Shown: positions 56,880-64,000 of the stretch, piece after piece
How the letters are laid out: every line of letters begins with the position of its first letter
How positions within the stretch are numbered: the first letter of the stretch is position 1
NCBI GenBank assembly: GCA_963422375.2
Contig: OY729428.2
Coordinates: forward strand, 256,001 to 320,000
From: Bryobacterales bacterium
Lineage (GTDB): Bacteria > Acidobacteriota > Terriglobia > Bryobacterales > UBA6623
Length of the DNA: 64,000 nt
Direction: 5' to 3'
Position numbers and translations under genes: made by a program
The notes under the pieces: generated by a model
Databases searched by the model: none
What the model was told of the DNA's origin: nothing
What the model saw: the letters and a program-made list of their open reading frames with translations, nothing else

Positions 56880-57320
56880 ACCCGGGGGAATTCGCCCCGA
56901 GGGCTGGGAGGTTGTCGGCTGCAGAATTCGTTTCGAGCAACCGGCTACCGCCCCGTCGGCACCTTCCAAGTGTCCGTTTCGCGGTCCGAAGACACTCATT
57001 GTCGGGCTCTCCGTAACTGGGATTGCCAGAGTAGGCACTGGGGAACTGCGGTGGCGTGTCAGAGTCGATTCTCCAGCGACTGGCGGATTGCTTGCGATTT
57101 CACGGATTGGACCTCCGTTGAGATTCATGCAGCAGCCCAAGCCGAATACGGATCCAAGGCAAATAGGCCCGCTCGTCCCCATTAGCGCCATTCTTGAGAG
57201 TGTGCAAGTCTGCGACTGCGCGCTTCGATGCGATTGGCTCGGGCTGCGTCACGCAACTCTCTTCATAGCTCCAACCATGCTGCAGCACTGCACCAGAGTC
57301 CGACGTCGGTTGCCCGTGGC

Positions 57321-58613
57321 TCAGAGAACTTCGAAGTCCCATCCAAACCCCGGCTTTTCCGGGGGTTGCAGGTAGATTCCTTCCGGGCCTCGGGTGATGC
57401 TCCGCAGTTCGGCGAAGAGCTCGTAGACTTCCTCAGGCCCGCCCGGCGCCGGTATCGTAGTCTCCGCCCAAGTGAGCTGAGGCAGCGTAGCCAAGTAGTG
57501 AATGGCCTCTGGGCCCCCGCCCGCATGCGGACACAAGAGGACGTTGTGCGAGGTCGCCAGTGCGCCGATGCGGCGCAACTCGGTCATGCCACCGCACCAG
57601 TTGATGTCCGGCTGCCAGATGTCGACAGCTTGGTGGTTGAGCAGGCGTCGGAACCCGTAGCGCGTGTACTCGTGCTCCCCGGTGGCTAGGAGCGTGGACG
57701 AAATGCGCGACCGCAACCGGGCGAATCCCTCGTACTCGTCAGGAGGAAGCACCTCTTCAAGCCAGTACACCCGGTAGTCCTCGAGGGCCTCCGCGAGACG
57801 CAGGGTGTAGTCCTCGGTCAACGCCATCCAGCAGTCGATCATGATCTCACCGTCCGGGCCCAGCACGCCGCGAGCCCGTCGGACCAGCTCGGCGTTCGCC
57901 CTGAGGCCCTCGTGACCGTCCGCGGGACCGTGCGGGAGCGCGAGCTTGACCTTCTTGAAACCGAATTCCGCGCTCTGCTCGACGTCGTTGCCAGTCGCGT
58001 AGGCCGGGACCCGCTCCCAGGTGCGTCCTCCCAAGAGCTGGTATGCGGGAACGCCCAGTGCCTGGCCCTTGATGTCCCAGAGGGCTAGGTCCGCCGCGCT
58101 GATGGCATGCACCACCGCTCCGGAGCGGCCGTAGAAGAGCGTCGCCCTCCACATGACGTCCCACAAGCGCTCCGTGTCGAGAGGATTCTCTCCGAGCAGC
58201 AGCTTCTTCAAGTGCCCTTCGACGACTGGCGCTCCCCCAAATCCGCCACGGCCGTAGCCCTTGATGCCCGATTGCGTCGCGATCTCGACAGTGAAGGCAC
58301 TCAGCGGCCCGCCCGGGTCTGGCATCCACTTCGAGCCCGGCCCTCTTCGCCCCGTGTACTTGGAATAGATCTCGATAGGGCGGGCCGCCTCGCGGTTGGC
58401 CCAGTAGGAACGCGAATCCGGTGTGTACGGGGGCAACGGCCTCCGTGGCCGGGTCCTAACGATTCGCACGTCCGTGATCCGGAGGCCGTCGGTGGCCGGC
58501 GCGCTGGCCAGCCGCGACAGACGAGCGGTAGATCCGACAGCCGCGAAGCCGGCCCAGCGCAGCAAGCTCCTGCGACAGACCGGCGGGAAGCCCGAGTTCC
58601 TGTGATCAGTCAT
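57321..58613 (-). CDS. Mandelate racemase/L-rhamnonate dehydratase-like enolase-superfamily enzyme with Tat-like signal
   Basis: CRRSLL signal; AISAADLALWD, KKVKL, DCWMAL, WLEE, GEHEYTRYGF and QPD. Confidence 0.88.
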   Translation of the reverse strand: MTDHRNSGFPPVCRRSLLRWAGFAAVGSTARLSRLASAPATDGLRITDVRIVRTRPRRPLPPYTPDSRSYWANREAARPIEIYSKYTGRRGPGSKWMPDPGGPLSAFTVEIATQSGIKGYGRGGFGGAPVVEGHLKKLLLGENPLDTERLWDVMWRATLFYGRSGAVVHAISAADLALWDIKGQALGVPAYQLLGGRTWERVPAYATGNDVEQSAEFGFKKVKLALPHGPADGHEGLRANAELVRRARGVLGPDGEIMIDCWMALTEDYTLRLAEALEDYRVYWLEEVLPPDEYEGFARLRSRISSTLLATGEHEYTRYGFRRLLNHQAVDIWQPDINWCGGMTELRRIGALATSHNVLLCPHAGGGPEAIHYLATLPQLTWAETTIPAPGGPEEVYELFAELRSITRGPEGIYLQPPEKPGFGWDFEVL

Positions 58614-58679
58614 TGTCTCCCCACCTCGTTTCCGGTGCCGTGCCGCATGCAATCCCAGCCCTGTTTCGGTAGCCTTGCG

Positions 58680-58870
58680 CCGGGATACTGCGGGAACGGC
58701 GTCATGAGCTGGCCTCGCTGCACTCGCTCCTGCGCCATGATACCGGTAGGAATGATTCCAAAGGACGGGTTGGCCACGAGCGAGCGCAGCTTGTTGTCAG
58801 CGGAAATCAGATCGGGATGGAGCTGATCCACCTGCCAGTCGAGCGGCAGGTGCGTCCCCTTGCCGCCCGC
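58680..58870 (-). pseudogene. Internal fragment of a third TBDR
   Basis: GKGTHLPLDWQVDQLHPD...VANPSFG...GQLMTPFPQY resembles the G.KGT...RPFP.Y barrel region of the two intact TBDRs; boundaries approximate. Confidence 0.65.
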
Positions 58871-58972
58871 GGAGCGACTTCCCACAGGAGGCTGGAGCCT
58901 AGTGACCGCTGGATCGTGAGATTCCAATGCTGGTTGTAGGGCACGGGCATGCTTGCCGGAAGCGGCGCTTGG

Positions 58973-61272
58973 CTGATCTTCGACAGTTTCAGGCAGATCG
59001 CCCAGCGAACTCCTACTCAGCTCGTCTGGATTCTGGCCAATTCCGATGTCTAGATGATGTGGTGTATCTTCCGAGTAGTCCCATATATTGCGGTAATATC
59101 CGTATGCATCCTAGACGGATCCCGACGGCCTGCGGGCCGGATCCTGTCCGCGGCGAACTTCATGTAGTGCCACGAAATGACTTCGATCGCCATCCCACGC
59201 TAGGAAGCGGCCCGTTTTCCGAGTGCGTCAGAGGAAGTCGTGATCTCGCGGTGCCATCCTGGATATAGAACTATCCGGGCCGGTTACTACCTCATGCAGT
59301 TGTCCGGCCGAGCACCGCAGGAGGTCCCGGCACCTTCGGAGGAATCGCGAATGCGAGCTTGACCGGTCGCTCTTGGTAGTGCTGCGATTGAGGGCGATGT
59401 TCCTGCGGTCCAAGAAGGTCGGCAACCACACCTACGTGCAGCTCGTCGAGAACTCCCGCGACGGCTCCAAGGTGCGCCGGAAGATCCTCGCCTCTCTCGG
59501 GCGACTCGACCGGCTCCGGGACAGCGGCGCGCTCGACCGCCTGCTCGTGTCCGGGGCGCGCCTCTCGCGCCACGCCGCGGTGCTGGCCGAGCGCGAGACG
59601 CCGGCCGAGGGCCTCCCCTGCCGCGTGACCGGCCCCGCGCTCGTCTTCGAGCGCGTGTGGCAACTCACCGGCTGCCAGGGGGCCCTGCGCGCGGCCCTGC
59701 GCGGTCGCCGCTTCCGCTTCGATGCCGAGCGCGCCGTGTTCCTCGCGGTCCTGCACCGCCTGCTCGCTCCGGGCTCCGACCGCAGCGCCATCGACTGGAA
59801 GGCCGACCAAGCCGTCGCGGGGGCCTCCGCGCTGGAACTGCAGCACCTGTACCGCGCGATGGCCTGGCTGGGCGGGCCGGTGCGAGCGTCCCGCCGCCGG
59901 GGGGCGGCGCATGCCCCGCGCTGCGTCAAGGACGAAGTGGAGGAGAGCCTGTACCTGCACCGCCGGGACCTGCTCACCGGGATGGACCTCTTTTTCTTCG
60001 ATATGACTTCGCATTACTTTCACTGATAGGGGCGGTTGGGACGTCGCGGCAAGTCGAAGAATTTTCGCCGCAATGCCCGCAACTGGTGGTGGGCTTGGTG
60101 CTGGACAGCGCGGGGCGACCGCTCTGCACCGAGATCTGGACGGCGGACGTGACCGCCTGAGCCGGCGCTTCGGCATCGCTTCGGTGTGCTTGGTGGCGGA
60201 CCGCGGCATGATCAGCCGGCGGACCATGGAGACGCTCGAGGAGCGCGGCTGGGGCTACATTCCGAGCGTGCGGCTGCGCAGCTCCGAGGAATTCCGGGAG
60301 CTCGTGCTGGACGCGCGCGAGAGCGAGGGGCGCGTGACGGTGGCGGGCGAGGAGCGGGTGAGGGTGGAACGCGCCCGCGAGCAGGAGCCGCTGGAGCTGG
60401 CGGTGCGGGAAGTGGCGGTGCGGGATGATCGGGGCCCGCCGGGCGGCGGTGCCGAGCGGCGCTACGTGGTGTGTCGCAACAAGAGACAGGCGCGTCGCGA
60501 TCGCGCGGTGCGCGAGGAGACCGTGGCGAAGCTGCGCGAGCGTCTCGGCGCCGGCGCCAAGCGCTTGGCGGGGAATCGCGGCTTCCGGCGCTATCCGGCC
60601 GAGGGCGAGGACGAGGGCGAGGGGGGCCGGGGCTTCCGCATCGACGAGGACCGCATCGCCGACGAGGAGCGCTTCGACGGGGTGTGGGCGCTGCGCGTCA
60701 AGGCCCCGCTAGGCGCCACCGAGGCGGCCTTGAAGTACAAGGAGCTGTGGCGCGTGGAGCGCTGCTTCCGCGAGTCGAAGTCGCTGCTGCGCACGCGCCC
60801 GGTGTTCCACCGCGCGGACGAGGCGATTCGGGGGCACGTGTTCCGCTCGTTCCTGGCCTTGGTGCTGAAGCAGGACCTGTAACGGCGCCTGCGGGAGGTC
60901 GGCGCGGCGGTGGAACGGGCGGACCTGATACGGGGCTTGGCGCGGTTGCAGGAGATGGTGGTCGAGGGGCAGGGCAAGCGCTTCGTGCTGCGCACGGAGG
61001 CGAGCGAGGCGGTGAAGCGGGCGCTGAGCTGCGTGGGAGCGCGCCTGCCGCCGATACTGCGCCGGGAAGAGGGCAGCGACCTGGCCGTCTGAATGGAGGC
61101 GGGGCATCCCGGCCGACTGGCACCACGGAGAGGAGGCACGGAAAGGGACCAAGCTGACCGCAAACCCCGTGCGATCGCACCCGGCGGTCACCGGCGTAGC
61201 GCTAATTTGCCCCTGCTGCAGCTCCTAAGTTGTTGAATCAACAATACTTACAATTTCAAACTGTCGAAGATC
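58973..61272 (+). mobile_element. IS1634-family element, transposase pseudogene 59397..61092
   Basis: YVQLVENSR, FFDMTSHYF, VADRGMIS, YKELWRVERCFR..K and LRTRPVFH; in-frame stops near 60024 and 60880; IR GATCTTCGACAGTTT at 58975-58989 versus 61258-61272. Confidence 0.85.
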
Positions 61273-63869
61273 CAGCGGTTCTAAATTTGGCCGTCAAGGG
61301 GGTGCGTGAACGTTGTTTCGGAGGATGAGGTGAATCAGTTGACCGAGAGGTTGCGCTCCCGAGGCCGCCCCGCGGGAGCGTCGGACGGCGGGCAGGGCCG
61401 TGGCGCGGCCCGCGTCGCGGGTCCGCCGAGTGCCGAGCCCGCGGCCGGACGCACTCCGGCGGTAGCCGGCTGCGACAGCCGGCCGCTCGCCGGACGCTGC
61501 CGGCACGAAACTGCGCGGAGTCCAGGCCCCGGCCGCCTGGCAGCCCGGAGGCGCGCGTCCGTCGCGTACCGCCGCCAGCAGCGTCGGCCAGTCCGGGAAG
61601 CGGAACCAGCGCAGCGCGACCTGCAGCTCCCGGAACAGGGCGCGGCGCGTGACCAGCTGGCGCCGGCACTGCTGCCGCAGCGCGCAGACGCACTGCACCA
61701 CGGCGTGGAGCGCGAAGGCGAACGGGTTCGGCACGGCCGGCACGTTGGCCGGCCCTTCCTTGCCGTGCCCGAAGTTGCGCTTGCAGTTGCGGCCGTGCCG
61801 CGCCAGGCAGTTGCAGCCCTCGTTCTCGATCTTCCAGCGCGCCCGGCCGGCCCGCGCGATCCGCTCCGCGTTGTCCGCGGTTGTCCGCGGTGACCGCGAG
61901 ACCGGTGAAGAAGCTGCTGGCGCAGGTGCGCTTGCCGTCGCGCTCCACGGCGTACTCGAGCCAAGTGCCCCGCAGGGCGTCGCGGCCCTGGCGCAGGGGC
62001 ACCGCGGCCGTCCGGCGGAAACGGTGCCGCTCGGACCGCTTGCCCTTCCCGCGCCGCGGCAGCCCGCCGGTCGAGCGCACCGCGCCGCTCGCCCGCCGGC
62101 TCTCCAGCACCTCGTACAAGTGCTTGTGGGATCCGGGCTTGCATACCCGGACCTGATTACCCACAAGACTCAGCCAAGGTTAGGAGGCGGTAAGGCATGG
62201 GCGGGGTGCGCACGGAGGCGTGGAGCAGGCGGGGGACCAGCACCTCCAGATCGTAGCGGCGGTTGAAGCGGTAGCGGAACTCGGCGAGGTACCGCGGCAG
62301 GTGCTTGCCGTCGAGCGAATGGCAGGCTCCCGCCAGGGACTGCTTGACGTTCGCCAGCATCGTGTTGACCCGGACGTTGACCCGGACGAAGCGGGAATCC
62401 CCGCAGCTCCGCTGCCCGCCTCCGGTGACGGTCGGCACGTGCTCGCAGCCGGCGTCGGCCACGCCCCGGAAGCAGGCCGGGCCGTCGGAATGCACCTCCG
62501 TGCCGAGCTGCAAGTGCCGCCCGGCCCACGCTGCCAGCGTCTTCTTGCGCAAGCCCGCCACGCTGCTCAGGCGCATCCTTGCCGGCTGGCCGGCGGCGGT
62601 GACCTGCACGGCGGCGACGAAACGCCGTGCTTGCCCTGCGTCAGCAGGTGGATCGCCAGGAACCAGATGGTCAGCGGCAGGCTTGGTGGCAGCGAAGATC
62701 GTGCCGGCGACGAGGGAGCTCTGGCGGTGGCAGGCATGGCACTGCCAGAGCTTGCGGGAGCGGATGCGGCAGTGCCGCCGGGAGCCGCACTCCGGGCAGC
62801 GCAAGCCGTCCGGCCAGCGGGCCTTGAAGACGGCCTGCTCGCATGGCCCCTCGCTGCCGTAGCGCTGCAGGAACTTGCCCGGGCTGAGTCCCTGCTGGAA
62901 TTGCACGCGATTGCGTTTCATCAGCTATCCCCTTTCCTGTCAGAGGTTTCCGACCTCCTTCAGTATAGCATATCCTCGGCTGACGTTCGTTGGTAATCAG
63001 GTACCCGGATGCAGTCCATGCCGGCCGCCGCGGCGGCCTCGCAGACCGGCTGGCAGCAGTACAGGTCGTCGCCCGGCAGGACGGGGCGGCAGGACGGGGC
63101 GGCAGGCCTGCAGCCAGGCGCCGTGAGCGGCGAGCCAGCGCTTGGCGGCGTTGCGCTCGCAGTCCCGCTTGCGCTCGTCCTCGCTCATGTCGGCGCGGGT
63201 CGCGGCCGCGTCCTGCTGCGGGCGCGCGAACTCACGCATCAGCGGCAGGACGGTGGCGTGGCCGTCGGCCACCGCGGTGGCCGACGGCCATGGCGTGGAA
63301 GTGATGCGGTCGGCGCTCGCTGCCGCCACGCCGCACCGAGCACCGCGGGCAATGCACCCTGTCGGAGCGGTGGAACCGGACGCCGTCCGGAGCCGCCGGC
63401 AGGCGCTCGTCGAGGCGCTGGAAGGGCTCGAGCGCGCCCTGCGCGGCCACGGTTGCGAGGCACGACCGGAACGGCGGGTCGAACGCGGCCGGGTCGCGGT
63501 CGTCGAGCAAGTTGCGGATCCGGTTGTCGCAGGGGATGCGGCCCACGCCGAACAGGGTCCGGCAGTTGGAGCGCGAGCCGTCCCGCTCCATGCGCCGCTG
63601 GAACGCGAGGAACGACTCGCACCGGGTGAAGAAGCAGGCCGGGGCGCAACCGGCGGCGTCGCTGACCTCGTAGCGCTTGTTGCTGCGACCGTCGCGCCGG
63701 TCGGGCCGGCCGGCGGCCGTCTCGCGGAAGGCGCTCAGCAGCGAGTCCAGGACATGGGGCATGCACCCTAGCTCACAAATTCCGCTAGGAAAAGTCGAGT
63801 GCCAGACTGCCTTCGACACCTTTCTCAGACACTCTGGAAATCCCCAAATGCCCAAATTGAGAATCGCTG
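61273..63869 (-). mobile_element. ISNCY-type element with degenerate transposase, interrupted by IS1595
   Basis: TIRs CAGCGGTTCTAAATTTGG and CCAAATTGAGAATCGCTG (16/18); KRDCERNAAKRW, GRARWKIENE and NFGHGK motifs in shifted frames. Confidence 0.8.
62152..63001 (-). mobile_element. Internally deleted IS1595-family element (ISSod11-like), 850 bp
   Basis: TIR CCTGATTACC/GGTAATCAGG; 8-bp TSD TACCCGGA at 62144-62151 and 63002-63009; ORF 62157..62921 with CPEC and YLAEFRYRFNRR. Confidence 0.9.
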
Positions 63870-64000
63870 GTGTGTACCAGAAGGCCGCACCGCGAATTTC
63901 ATTCGTCCCGGACTCTGTGGCGAGAGTCAGCACGCCGCCGGCTGTCCGGCCGTATTCGACAGAGAACCCGTTCGTCTGCATCCGAACCTCCTGGATGCCG
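63870..64000 (-). pseudogene. Plug-region fragment of a TBDR, running off the window
   Basis: GIQEVRMQTNGFSVEYGRTAGGVLTLATESGTNEIRG aligns with AIQEFRSETSGADAQFGRGGGATVNLTFKSGTREFHG of 52028..55264; cut at the IS end. Confidence 0.8.

Overview
High-GC, IS-riddled bacterial window; the gene families (Oar-like TonB-dependent receptors, CRTAC1/ASPIC-UnbV, DUF1501-DUF1549/1553-PPC, ADOP permease, many TPR proteins) point to Acidobacteriota, possibly host-associated (inference). From 1.4 to 21 kb lies an uncharacterised cell-envelope cluster, with one TPR gene inactivated by a frameshift and a 255-bp MITE. From 22 to 30.6 kb: an acyl-CoA ligase-ACP-acyltransferase fusion, two pseudogenes, rfbB, rfbC and aroF. 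From 31.8 to 48.2 kb is a decayed defence island: an intact DNA methyltransferase whose coupled NotI-like endonuclease gene is hit by IS1595 at codon 4 and split into halves 13 kb apart. Between the halves, bounded by IS30 and IS1380/IS66, sit an intact type I-G cas3-cas8g-cas7g-csb2 operon with no cas1/2/4 and no visible array, a ferredoxin and a cytochrome c. To the right are copA, a second TBDR, a TPR lipoprotein, a Tat-signal enolase-family dehydratase and a third TBDR shattered by nested IS elements. No tRNA, rRNA or CRISPR array was seen. Family calls come from motif recognition by eye, not database searches.
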